DNA of 64,000 bases from Candidatus Latescibacterota bacterium (GCA_965222605.1 OZ244960.1:3488001-3552000), one strand, 5' to 3'. Counted from the first letter of the stretch, positions 40,152 to 50,093 are shown. The notes: generated by a model not told the origin, from the sequence alone. Numbers and translations are program-made.

Positions 40152-40916
40152 ATGAAACGATTTTTGAAGCAATGGACGATACCCATTCTGGGATTAATTG
40201 TGCTGAGCCATACCGCCGAGGCACAACAATCTTTTCGTGCAAAGGCAATTGCTCAGATTGCAGAACAATTTCCCAATAGCGACAAGTCACCCCAACAGAT
40301 TTACGACGAAGGACTCATCTGGCATACTGCAAAAATATTTGTCAAACAATTCAGAAATTTCGAGTTGGGGGCATTGACAGGGCCAATTGACGAAGATAGT
40401 TACCGCACAGTGCCCGGACCAATGGGTTCAGTCACTGACAGTACAGCGACGCCTATGGATCCAGGATCTGTTCCCGGCGGTATAACCACAGATGATACCC
40501 CATCCGTTGGGGCGACTGAATCTGACTCTACCACTCATATCCTCACCCAGCGCATTGACCGGCGCTCTATATTCTTCAGTGAAGGGCACGCAGTGACCAC
40601 AACCGCCGAGCAAGATTATACTGAGGCGGAGCGTCGAGAGATTCGCAAGACCTTCCTGAGCATGTTTGATGGCTTGCCCCAAGACGTGCGTATCGTGATC
40701 GAGTTGGGAAGCATACAGTATCACGGTCAAACAGCCACGGTTACAGCGCAGTGGAAGTATGACATCGTAGGTCATGCCACGCGGTTGAGTCGTCCTTACA
40801 AAGACCAGTCTCCGGGTTCCCTCACACTGCAAATGTTGCGAGTGGGCGACAATTGGTTGGTGACAGACTTTCGCGGTTTGGTCAATGGTTTGAAAACCGA
40901 TGTGACAAGCCGCTAA
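40152..40916 (+). CDS. Secreted hypothetical protein
   Basis: AAGGAG RBS and signal peptide ending AEA; no family recognised. Confidence 0.7.
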   Translation: MKRFLKQWTIPILGLIVLSHTAEAQQSFRAKAIAQIAEQFPNSDKSPQQIYDEGLIWHTAKIFVKQFRNFELGALTGPIDEDSYRTVPGPMGSVTDSTATPMDPGSVPGGITTDDTPSVGATESDSTTHILTQRIDRRSIFFSEGHAVTTTAEQDYTEAERREIRKTFLSMFDGLPQDVRIVIELGSIQYHGQTATVTAQWKYDIVGHATRLSRPYKDQSPGSLTLQMLRVGDNWLVTDFRGLVNGLKTDVTSR

Positions 40917-40931
40917 ATAGCGGAGGTTGCC

Positions 40932-41744
40932 ATGAGGTGCTTTTGGTGCATTTTGCTTGCGTTTTGTATCCTGAGTTGTGGTGATAAAGGTACTGGACCA
41001 GAAATAGAACCAGAGCCAGAACCCATCCCCAAACCTCTGACAAGTGACCTGATCATTGACCTGCCGGGCGGGGTAAGAATGGCCTTTATATGGGTAGAAC
41101 CGGGCACGCTTAGAGCGGAAATGCCAATTAGAAATCCATCGACAGGGAAAATTAGACACCATATTCGTATAATGGAAATCCCCAAAGGCTTTTATCTTGG
41201 GAAGTATGAACTCACGCAGCAACAGTGGGAGCAAGTGATGCACACCTTACCCTGGCCCCAAAGAGAGGAGACCGGTTTTACGGAACCGGTTTATCCTGCC
41301 TATAATATTTCTTGGGTTGATGCACAAGAGTTCGCGAAAAAGCTGACCGAACTTCAAAATGACAGCCTATACCGATTACCAACCTCCATGGAATGGGAAT
41401 ATGCCAGTCGAGCCGGTGCAAAAACAAACTGGTTCTTTGGTAGTAGCTCTGATTCTCTAAGTGACTACGCCTGGTGGGGCAAGAATGTGGATAGCGCGCA
41501 AATTGTGGGTACTAAGTTGCCCAATCCCTGGGGATTTTATGATATATATGGCAATGTGTGGGAGTGGACACAGAGTGGACTCGGGTCTCGAATAAATCCA
41601 ACACGTTATATAAAAGGCGGTAGTTATGATACGTCAGCGTTGGACGCGAGCTCTATAGGGTTTGTCCCTGCCGGTACTCCTGCGCGCAGTCCACAACTGG
41701 GTGTGCGAATATTGCGAGAAGGTCCAAAAGTCTCGCAGCCGTAA
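40932..41744 (+). CDS. Lipoprotein with FGE-sulfatase/SUMF1 domain
   Basis: ILSC lipobox; GKYELTQQQW, RLPTSMEWEYA, PNPWGFYDIYGNVWEW. Confidence 0.85.
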   Translation: MRCFWCILLAFCILSCGDKGTGPEIEPEPEPIPKPLTSDLIIDLPGGVRMAFIWVEPGTLRAEMPIRNPSTGKIRHHIRIMEIPKGFYLGKYELTQQQWEQVMHTLPWPQREETGFTEPVYPAYNISWVDAQEFAKKLTELQNDSLYRLPTSMEWEYASRAGAKTNWFFGSSSDSLSDYAWWGKNVDSAQIVGTKLPNPWGFYDIYGNVWEWTQSGLGSRINPTRYIKGGSYDTSALDASSIGFVPAGTPARSPQLGVRILREGPKVSQP

Positions 41745-41769
41745 AAAAGGCATCGAAAGAACAATCATT

Positions 41770-41817
41770 ATTTATCACTTTGTTTTTCAAGCACTTGAGC
41801 GTCTTTAAGTGTTTTTT
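41770..41817. repeat. 48-bp direct repeat, copy 2
   Basis: 46/48 identical to 39889-39936. Confidence 0.8.
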
Positions 41818-41849
41818 GAAACACAAACCTTTGTATAAAGGAGAATAGA

Positions 41850-44800
41850 ATGCGTTGTAACAGACCGAAACCTATTTTTGGGATGTTTCATCTTTTGTGC
41901 GGAGTACTTATAGTCAGTGTGGTTCTTGGGATAAATGCGATTTCTTCTATTGAAGCGGTGACACAGATCGGTGCAGGAGATCGAATCTTTTTTCGCGGAG
42001 ATCAGTGGGCAACAAATCGCACCGCATCGCAGACTGGATTTGAGGTGATCCGTATATCGAGTGACAGATTAGTATCTGACATGAAATATATTAGAAACAC
42101 TCTCAATCTCAAACTGATGGTTGGATTAGGTTATGATGTCGTTCCGAGAGAAAAACCCTGGCCTGGCGATACGATGGATGAGAAATTATCCATATTTCGA
42201 GACAAGTTGGCAAATTGGCTCGGTACGCACAGTCTTGATATATCTGCCTTCCATTTTAATCTCGAATATGCGGAGAAGTTTTATACAGAAAGGCATCCCG
42301 ATAGTACCAGGCGGGTTGATGCATTGACAGATACCATGACATTAATCATAAAAAATTATCAGCGCACAATCCGTGAAGTATGCGATTCATTGACAGCAGA
42401 CGGCCATGCAATCGGTTCATACCCAAAACTTTGGGTTTTCGGTGCAAAAGGAACTGGTTATAGGACTTATGAAGAGTTTGGATGCGATTGGAATGCTTTG
42501 ACATCAGACCCTTATGCGATTGATGTCCCCACAATCGGGGTGGGCACCTCAACAGTCTCTGTAGTCCCAAACGAAGTCAATCCAACACCTGGAGTCATGA
42601 AGTGGATCCCAAATCTTGCGGATCTCAAGATTTGGGGAAGTGCAGAGCATATTAGAGATCTCAAAAACCTTACAAATGGAAAACCCGTTGTCATCCAATA
42701 CCACATCGATGGCAGCCAACTACATCGAAATTTGTACCACCTTTACTGGAACGATTTTCGAGAATTGGCGAGGCATTTCAAAGCGGTGAGCGAAGAAGGA
42801 ACATCACATTTTGGCGGCAATTATCCCGTTGGATATTATCAGCCATTTTATCGTGCAAAGATTCTCGACTCTGAAGGGATAGAACGTGAAGTACACTTCT
42901 CTCTGGATGAATCTGGTGACCCTCCCTCGGGTCCCATTCCCTGGGAGGATGGGCAGAAATATCCCGCACGTTTATGGGAAACAGGCGAGGAAGGGGATTG
43001 GGGATATGATGCTACGATGAATAAGCCCAATAAGTGGGAGCGTGAGTTTATTGCCAATATTCTGTCTGCAACTGGCACTCCCTTAACAGGACACACTGTA
43101 CCAGCAACCACACGCTGGAGTGGCGAGATTTATCTCATTGGCGATGTAGTCATTCCCAGTGGTGTGACTGTGACCATTGGGGAAGGGACGGTGATTAACT
43201 TTCGCCCGGGTACGGATGTTTACGAGTCGGGTTTGGACACAAATATCTCTGAAATTGTTATTCAGAATGGTGGCACTTTGATTGCTGATGGCTCTATCCA
43301 GAATCCCATTATTTTTCAGTCATCATTCAGGGCTGATGGCACTGATCCCAGCGGTGATGGTTGGGCGGGCATCAGGGTCGTAAATGGCGATACCTTGGAC
43401 ATCCTTTATAACCCCAGCAAAGACGATTGGGGTGGCATTCGCAACGAGGGCGGCACATTGACCCTCCAAAATTGTGTTATTAGCGATGCCGAAGTGGGTG
43501 TTGAAGTGACTTCTTATCAAGGCAAGACAACTATTTTTGAAACAGATTTGTCTGCAAATCACTTTGGTATGAAAGTACACGAAGGTGCCAGTGCAACTCA
43601 GTTAGAACTGATAAATATTGGTCTGTATCGCAATATGAAGGGTGTGAATGCATTTCTGTATGGGCCGGGTCATGTAGAAATGCGTAATGCCACTATTGCA
43701 GATAATTTACAAGGGTCAGGATTTATCGCCGCGGATGGAGATAATCTCTCCGTGAAGTTTAAAAACACCATTGTCGCTTTTAATACTGTGGGGATTTACA
43801 CAGCGGGTACAAACCTTAGCTCCCCAACCTTAACACTCCAATATTGCGATGTGTTTGGAGCACCGCCATCGGGGCTGATTTTCAGGGTGTATATACCGCC
43901 ATGCCAACCACCAGTGGGAATATCGGCAATGTTTCTTTTGATCCAGAATTTGTCGCTCGTGCATCCGAGACGTCCGAAGAGTACGATTATCACCTGCGGG
44001 TAACTTCACCTTTAATTGATACGGGTGATCCAAGCATGACAGAGGCTGATAATTCAACAATCAACATGGGCAGATATGGTGGGACTTCGGAATATACGTC
44101 TGTGCCTGGAAGTAACAATGGTGGTAACAGTGGTGGTAACAGTGGTGATAACAGTGGTGATAACAGTGGTGGTAACAGTGGTGGTAACAGTGGTGATAAC
44201 AGTGGTGGCAGTAACTCGGTGCCCGTATTCGAGGATTTCGAGGATGGTCAAGCACAGGGTTGGACTGCTTCGGCAGGCACATGGAGTATCAAGAGCGTGG
44301 ATGGCAGTAACCGATACGTGATGGCAAGTAGCACTGAGAGTATCAATCGCGCTTATAAGAATGTGTCAGGCTGGTCGGGCGGATATGTCATTGAAGCGAG
44401 AATGAAGATCAGGGCTGCCGAAGGCAAGGTGATATTTTCCCAGGCGAATCAGAATGAGAGCTATCGCCTGGATGTGATGACATCGAGCAATAATTTTCGG
44501 CTGGTAATCAACGATGCCCTGCACAATCACTACATGACCCTGAACACAAATACGTGGTATGATGTGAAGGTCGAAGTGACTTCATCGCATGTGAAGGCCT
44601 GGCTGAATGGCTCTCTTAAACACACCGTGAATGTCAGTGGTGCGCCAGATGGGTATATTGGTGTGGGATCATTCGGAAGTACAGGTTTGGTCGATCATGT
44701 TTATGTCGATGATGTAAGAGTCACAAGTGCGGGGAGTGGTGATAATAGTGGTGGTAATAATAGTGGTGGTGATAATAGTGGTGGTGGTAATGGTGGAGAC

Positions 44801-45022
44801 AATAGTGATGGTGGCGGATCAGAAACGCCTTCGTCCCCGATTACTGGCGATTTTAATGGCGATGGTGTAGTCGATACTTCTGATTATGCTTTATTTGTTG
44901 CGGTTTTTGGAACGAGTGAAGGGGATGCAAATTTTGATGCGCGTATGGACCTGGACGGAAATGGAGTCATTAATGTTGCCGATTTTTTAATTTTTGTGAA
45001 TCACTTCGGATCTACCTCATAA
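41850..45022 (+). pseudogene. Large secreted protein (unknown N-domain, beta-helix, Gly/Asn/Ser linkers, ConA-like domain, dockerin/EF-hand tail), frameshifted near 43860
   Basis: ORF 41850-44003 reads ...LQYCDVFG and then loses coherence. The overlapping frame continues ...GNVSFDPEFV...DYHLRVTSPLIDTGDP...INMGRYGG and ends in GDFNGDGVVD...DLDGNGVIN. Confidence 0.75.
44114..44209 (+). repeat. 8 x 12-nt coding tandem repeat AACAGTGGTGRT (NSGG/NSGD)
   Basis: Directly visible; a looser copy lies at about 44735-44815. Confidence 0.9.
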
Positions 45023-45039
45023 ACTCGTTTTGAAAAAAA

Positions 45040-45072
45040 TATGAAATGGACACTGGACATGTCCATTTCATA
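45040..45072. other. Perfect 13-bp inverted repeat after the dockerin gene
   Basis: TATGAAATGGACA-ctggaca-TGTCCATTTCATA. Confidence 0.7.
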
Positions 45073-45117
45073 GCAGTTCCAGGGCCGCAAAATATTACGA
45101 TGAGGAGGTAAGCACGT

Positions 45118-45150
45118 ACGCCATCAGCAAAATAGCTGATGGCGTTTTTT
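45118..45150 (+). terminator. Intrinsic terminator
   Basis: ACGCCATCAGC-aaaata-GCTGATGGCGT-T-run. Confidence 0.8.
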
Positions 45151-45219
45151 GTGTTGGGGGTTTGTGTCGCAAGTTTGTTTGGTCAACACCTGAGCCAACG
45201 CGAAAGGTATTAATAATTG

Positions 45220-45247
45220 TTGACAGTGTAACAAAGTATGTTACATT
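45220..45247 (+). promoter_or_regulatory. higBA promoter with overlapping palindromic operator
   Basis: TTGACA-N16-TACATT with TGTAACA-aagta-TGTTACA. The ATG follows the -10 by 7 nt with no SD, so the mRNA is probably leaderless. Confidence 0.7.
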
Positions 45248-45254
45248 TCTATAA

Positions 45255-45530
45255 ATGATCATAAGTTTTAAGCATAAAGGTCTTGTCGAACTTTTCGAAC
45301 GCGGTCACAGCCGCCGAGTGCGTTGGGATTTGCAAAGGCGTTGCTTACGTCGTTTGGAAGTTCTCGATCAAGCGGAATCATTGACAGACTTGAATATACC
45401 GGGGTTCAATTTTCACGGTCTGCAAGGATTACCCAAACGTTATAGTATTCACGTCAATGGCCCGTGGTGTATTACGTTCGAATGGCAAGATAGTGATGCA
45501 CTCAGGGTCAATCTTGAGCAATATCATTGA
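45255..45530 (+). CDS. higB: HigB-type (RelE/ParE family) toxin
   Basis: MIISFKHKGLVELF...FHGLQG..RYSIHVNGPWCITFEW...EQYH. Confidence 0.9.
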   Translation: MIISFKHKGLVELFERGHSRRVRWDLQRRCLRRLEVLDQAESLTDLNIPGFNFHGLQGLPKRYSIHVNGPWCITFEWQDSDALRVNLEQYH

Positions 45531-45537
45531 GGTGACA

Positions 45538-45867
45538 ATGGCCGAATATTCCGTCAAACGTCCGTTGAATCGCGCGCCTGTTCATCCGGGTGAGATTCTG
45601 CGCGAAGATGTATTGCCATCGCTTGAGTTATCGGTGAGTGAAGCTGCTCGACGACTCGGGGTTTCGCGTCAACAATTGCATCGCGTTCTGGCCTGTACGC
45701 ATCCGATTACAACAGAAATGGCACTTAGAATAGGGAAACTCGTCGGCAACGGTCCTGGACTGTGGTTGCGCCTGCAACAAGCTTGTGATTTGTGGCGTGT
45801 AGAGCAGTGTTTGAAAGACGAACTTGCAGAAATAAGACCTGCGAATTTGACGCACTCCCAGGGCTAA
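45538..45867 (+). CDS. higA: HigA antitoxin (XRE HTH)
   Basis: PVHPGEILRED...AARRLGVSRQQL...ITTEMALRI...WLRLQ. Confidence 0.9.
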   Translation: MAEYSVKRPLNRAPVHPGEILREDVLPSLELSVSEAARRLGVSRQQLHRVLACTHPITTEMALRIGKLVGNGPGLWLRLQQACDLWRVEQCLKDELAEIRPANLTHSQG

Positions 45868-45880
45868 AGCATTACTATGT

Positions 45881-46112
45881 GGTTTGGTCAATGGGTTGAA
45901 AACCGTGTGACAAGCCGCTAAATAGCGGAGGTAAGCAAAAACGCCATCGGCAAATAGCTGATGGCGTTTTTTGTGTTGGGGGTTTGTGTCGCAAGTTTGT
46001 TTGGTCAACACCTGAGCCAACGCGAAAGGTGTTAATAGTGATTGACAGTGTAACAAAGTATGTTGCATTTTTGTAAATGATCACGAGTTTCAAGTATAAA
46101 GGGCTTGTCGAA
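45881..46112 (+). repeat. Composite duplicate: 3' end of gene 40152-40916 fused at GGAGGT to terminator/promoter/higB 5' remnant
   Basis: 45881-45932 matches 40875-40927 (1 substitution, 1 deletion); 45927-46112 matches 45104-45290. Confidence 0.9.
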
Positions 46113-46131
46113 TTGATACAGGAGAAGAAAC

Positions 46132-46503
46132 ATGCAATCTATTTATGTACAGGTCCCTGAAGATATTATACAAAATATCGTGCAGCAAATGTACGATGAT
46201 GGATATGTTTACGATAGTAAAAATGATTCTCAGTTTTTAAGTGATAGAGACCCTTTAATTGTAAAAATGTCGGATGGGGAATATAGAGAAGTAACTGCTT
46301 TACATTTACAAGAGGTTGTGGATGGCTTGATCGAAATCCAACTGGATCAAGCATTTAGAAAGTATAAAGAACAAAATGTGACATTGCCGATGTGGATGTA
46401 TAAGAGGTTTTTTCGAAAAAATATGTATGGATTGTATTGGGGTTTATTTATGTTTGCGATGGGTATTGCGATAGGTGTTTTATTTTCTCTGGATATACCG
46501 TAA
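46132..46503 (+). CDS. AT-rich hypothetical protein with C-terminal TM helix
   Basis: AGGAG RBS; hydrophobic C-terminus. Confidence 0.65.
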   Translation: MQSIYVQVPEDIIQNIVQQMYDDGYVYDSKNDSQFLSDRDPLIVKMSDGEYREVTALHLQEVVDGLIEIQLDQAFRKYKEQNVTLPMWMYKRFFRKNMYGLYWGLFMFAMGIAIGVLFSLDIP

Positions 46504-46526
46504 CCAGAAAAAGGAGTAGAGAAACC

Positions 46527-48866
46527 ATGTCTTACCAGATGCCACCCGAAGAACTCGCCGCGATTGTTGATGCGCCTCTAACACCTTCGTTTAGCATTGA
46601 TCCCACAAAGACAATGTTGCTGTTGATGCACCGTCCGGGCACACCGTCTATTGAAGAGGTGTCGCGGTCCGAGTTGCGTCTGGCAGGATTGCGCCTGGAT
46701 CCAGATGTCAATGGGCAAAGTCGCGTGGGATTTTACAATGGGCTGACGCTCAAGTGGATTGCCAATGGTCGTGAAATACCTGTGACGGGTTTGCCGCAAG
46801 ACGCGAAAATTGGACGGGCTTATTGGGCGCCCGATGGTCGGCGGTTTGCTTTTTCGGTGACGGGTGATAATGGGATTGATCTGTGGGTGGGCAATGCGAA
46901 GACGGGTCGGGCGCATCCGGTTGGCGATGTGAAATTGAATCAGGTGTTTGGCGGGGCAATCGTCTGGCTGCCCGATAGTTCGGGGCTGTTGGTGCGTGCG
47001 GTATGTGATGGTCGAGGCAATCCGCCCGGGGTGCCCCGCGTGCCCAAAGGTCCGGTGATACAGGAAAATGTGGGGGAACGGGCAGCACCATCGCGCACGT
47101 ATCAAGATTTGTTAAAGAATGCACATGATGAGTTGCTATTTGAATATTATGCCACTTCGCAGGTTGCACTTGTGCGCCTGAATGGCGATGTGAGACCTGT
47201 GGGTTCTCCCGGGTTGATTGGTCGCGCTGATCCGTCGCCAGATGGTCGTTATGTGCTGGTGTTGACTATTCACCGACCGTTTTCGTATCTGGTGCCTTCG
47301 TATCGTTTTCCAACAAAAGTAGCGATCTGGGATTTGGATGGGCGCGAGGTGCGCGAACTTGCTGATTTGCCATTGGCCGAATCTGTGCCGATTGCTTATG
47401 ATGCCGTGCCCGAAGGTGCGCGGTCATTTGGATGGCGCGCAGACGCGCCTGTGACCGTAACGTGGGTTGTGGCACAGGATGGCGGCGATCCCGAGGTGGA
47501 TATGGCGGTGCGGGATATTGTGTATGCGCTCGACGCGCCTTATGAGGGTGATGGGCGCGCGCTCATGTCGCTGGCGATGCGCTATGGTGGGTGTTCGTGG
47601 GGGACGGGTGATCTCGCGTTGGTTTCAGAACGCTGGTGGAAAACGCGGCGCGTGCGTACGTGGCGCATTCGCCCGGATGATTCGGACTTTGAACCACAGG
47701 TATTGTTTGACCGGTCGTGGGAAGATCGCTACAGCGATCCGGGCGCGCCGGTGTTCACGCGGTTGCCCAATGGTCGGTCTGTGTTGCTGACCGATGCGTC
47801 GCAACGCCATCTGTTTTTTGCAGGCGATGGTGCGTCGCCCAAAGGTGATCGCCCATTTTTGGATCGCTATGATCTGGAGACGGGCAAAGCAGAACGTCTC
47901 ATGCATTCTCAGGTGCCATTTTACGAGCGGCCAACGGTGATGATCGATGCCAATACGGTGTTGATGAGCCGGGAGGGCGTTGAGGAACCGACCAATTATT
48001 ATTTGCGGGATTTGGAGCGCAATGACATGCGGCAGCTCACGCATTTTGTTCATCCCATGCCGCAATTGAGAGCGGTACAGAAGTCGTTGATTCAGTATCG
48101 GCGCGAAGATGGGGTGCAATTGAATGGGACGTTGTATTTGCCGCCCGGATATAAAAACGACGATAGTCCACTGCCAGTGCTAATGTGGGCTTATCCCCGC
48201 GAATTTAAGAGTGCAGATGCCGCGGGTCAGGTGAAGGATTCTCCCTTTCGCTTTGTGCGTATCAGTCCGCATGGTGCGTTGCCTTTTTTGGCGCGGGGTT
48301 ATGCTGTGCTGGATGGTCCGGCGATGCCGATTGTGGGCGAGGGAGATAGTGAGGCAAATGATACCTACATCGCGCAACTTGCCGATAGTGCAAGGGCCGC
48401 GGTTGATGAGTTGGTGCGTCTGGGTGTGGCCGATCCCAAAAAAGTGGCGGTGGGGGGACATTCCTACGGCGGTTTTATGACGGCGAATTTGCTGGCACAC
48501 ACAGATTTGTTTTGCTGTGGTATTGCGCGCAGTGGCGCGTATAACCGCACGTTGACGCCTTTTGGTTTTCAGGCAGAAGAGCGCACGCTCTGGCAGGCAG
48601 CAGATATTTATGCGGCGATGTCTCCGTTTAATCATGTGCCCAAAATTAACGCGCCTTTGCTACTTATTCACGGCGAGGCGGACAATAATTCGGGCACGTT
48701 TCCCATGCAGAGCGAGCGATTTTACAATGCGCTCAAAGGACACGGCGTCATCTGTCGATTGGTGATGTTGCCGCATGAGAGTCACGGATACCGGGCGCGC
48801 GAGTCGATTATGCACGTTCTGTGGGAGATGTCAGAGTGGTTGGATAGATACGCTAAAAAGGAATAA
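46527..48866 (+). CDS. S9 family serine peptidase (prolyl oligopeptidase/glutamyl endopeptidase-like)
   Basis: GGHSYGG nucleophile, HGEADNN, ESHGY. ATG 46527 has an AAGGAG RBS. Confidence 0.9.
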   Translation: MSYQMPPEELAAIVDAPLTPSFSIDPTKTMLLLMHRPGTPSIEEVSRSELRLAGLRLDPDVNGQSRVGFYNGLTLKWIANGREIPVTGLPQDAKIGRAYWAPDGRRFAFSVTGDNGIDLWVGNAKTGRAHPVGDVKLNQVFGGAIVWLPDSSGLLVRAVCDGRGNPPGVPRVPKGPVIQENVGERAAPSRTYQDLLKNAHDELLFEYYATSQVALVRLNGDVRPVGSPGLIGRADPSPDGRYVLVLTIHRPFSYLVPSYRFPTKVAIWDLDGREVRELADLPLAESVPIAYDAVPEGARSFGWRADAPVTVTWVVAQDGGDPEVDMAVRDIVYALDAPYEGDGRALMSLAMRYGGCSWGTGDLALVSERWWKTRRVRTWRIRPDDSDFEPQVLFDRSWEDRYSDPGAPVFTRLPNGRSVLLTDASQRHLFFAGDGASPKGDRPFLDRYDLETGKAERLMHSQVPFYERPTVMIDANTVLMSREGVEEPTNYYLRDLERNDMRQLTHFVHPMPQLRAVQKSLIQYRREDGVQLNGTLYLPPGYKNDDSPLPVLMWAYPREFKSADAAGQVKDSPFRFVRISPHGALPFLARGYAVLDGPAMPIVGEGDSEANDTYIAQLADSARAAVDELVRLGVADPKKVAVGGHSYGGFMTANLLAHTDLFCCGIARSGAYNRTLTPFGFQAEERTLWQAADIYAAMSPFNHVPKINAPLLLIHGEADNNSGTFPMQSERFYNALKGHGVICRLVMLPHESHGYRARESIMHVLWEMSEWLDRYAKKE

Positions 48867-48895
48867 AAATTCAAAAAAATGAATTTTTATTCTTG
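48858..48895. promoter_or_regulatory. Tandem ARG boxes overlapping the -35 (TTGACT) of the arg operon
   Basis: aaGGAATaaaaATTCAaa and aaTGAATttttATTCTtg, 2 bp apart, match WNTGAAT-W4-ATTCANW. Confidence 0.8.
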
Positions 48896-48993
48896 ACTTG
48901 TGTTTGTTTCCGGTATATTTTTTTCCTCATATCATCTTTGAATAGGAACCACAATGCAGGTAAAAGTACCTCAGAACATGGAGGGGGAAAATT

Positions 48994-49650
48994 ATGAGTG
49001 CGAAAAAAGAACGGCAGCAGAAAATTTTAGAACTGATTACTGAGGGATCTATCACACGTCAAGAAGAACTGAATGCTGCGTTGCAGGAAGTTGGAATTTC
49101 GACTACACAATCGACCCTATCAAAAGATATTAAGGAACTGGGTATTGCAAAAGCACCTGATGGTGAAGGGGGCTTCCGATATCAAATTCCAGGGATTCCA
49201 ATAGGTTCAGAACGGATGTCGTTACATGGTGATGACCTGTTGAGGCGCGAGTTGCAAGACTTTGTTATTGGTGTAGAAGCGGTGGCTCATACGCTGATTT
49301 TGAAGACTATTACTGGACATGCTCAGGGTGTTTGTGAAGCAATTGATCAAGCAGAATGGGCAGAAGTTGCTGGAACGCTCGCTGGAGAAAACACCATTTT
49401 TATTATTTGTCGCTCATCAGAAGCATGTCAGGATCTTGAAAAGAGTATTTGGTTACAAATGAAAACTTGGTCGACAAATCAATCAGTAAGCGGTGTTGGG
49501 ATAAATTCTGTAAGTAATGAAAACCCATCAGTAGCACGTAAAGAAGGTATTCTGGTCATTCGTTCACAAGCACCTCAACCTCTTGGGAATACGTTGAAAC
49601 AAAGTCGCGAAGCACGGTTGAAAGGGCTGGCGGAGAAATCCGGTTTATGA
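48994..49650 (+). CDS. argR: Arginine repressor with ~60-aa C-terminal extension resembling a VapB/AbrB antitoxin tail
   Basis: RQQKILELI..TQSTLSKDIKELG wHTH; GTLAGENTIF arginine-binding domain; extra tail NPSVARKEGILVIRS...REARLKGL. Confidence 0.85.
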   Translation: MSAKKERQQKILELITEGSITRQEELNAALQEVGISTTQSTLSKDIKELGIAKAPDGEGGFRYQIPGIPIGSERMSLHGDDLLRRELQDFVIGVEAVAHTLILKTITGHAQGVCEAIDQAEWAEVAGTLAGENTIFIICRSSEACQDLEKSIWLQMKTWSTNQSVSGVGINSVSNENPSVARKEGILVIRSQAPQPLGNTLKQSREARLKGLAEKSGL

Positions 49651-50081
49651 AAATTTTGTTGGATACATCTGTGCTTATCGCCGCGATGGTTGAAGCCCAC
49701 CCCAATCACGACCGAGCACTGATGTGGTTAAAACGCGCACGGCAAGACGATGTTTCTGCATATATTGCGGCTCATACACTTGCCGAGTTGTATGCTGTTT
49801 TAACGCGTTTGCCAGTACAACCACGCATTTCTTCGGCCATTGCACTGCAACTTATCCAGGAAAATGTCGTCTCTGTATTTGAAATAATTGCATCAGACGG
49901 CGATGAATACAAAACGCTTTTGGTGCATCTCGCGCAACAAGGCATCACAGGTGGTGCAACCTACGATGCTCTGATTGCACATACAGCTTACCGGATTCGG
50001 GTTGATCATTTGATAACTTTTAATGAACGAGATTTTAAGGCTGTTTACCCAGATATTTCAGATCAGATTTTAGTACCTTGA
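49647..50081 (+). CDS. vapC: PIN-domain VapC-type toxin
   Basis: MKILLDTSVL, LAELYAVLT, YDALIA, TFNERDF; ATGA overlap with argR. Confidence 0.9.
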   Translation: MKILLDTSVLIAAMVEAHPNHDRALMWLKRARQDDVSAYIAAHTLAELYAVLTRLPVQPRISSAIALQLIQENVVSVFEIIASDGDEYKTLLVHLAQQGITGGATYDALIAHTAYRIRVDHLITFNERDFKAVYPDISDQILVP

Positions 50082-50093
50082 AAGGGTTGTGCG

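Larger units (their letters stand above)
45104..45290 (+). repeat. ~187-bp direct repeat copy 1 (terminator + higBA promoter/operator + first 12 higB codons)
   Basis: Highly similar to 45927-46112. Confidence 0.9.

Noticed and set aside
40932-41744. FGE/CLec-fold protein as a diversity-generating retroelement target
   Set aside because: No template repeat of its 3' end and no reverse transcriptase in the window.
44114-44209. Tandem array as CRISPR or a His/Cys-rich ORF on the minus strand
   Set aside because: These are 12-nt coding repeats with no spacers and no cas genes; the (CYHH)n ORF is the antisense shadow.
40875-46112. Integron cassette array
   Set aside because: No attC-like RYYYAAC...GTTRRRY structures recognised, and the recombinase at 22.6 kb is Cre-like, not IntI-like.
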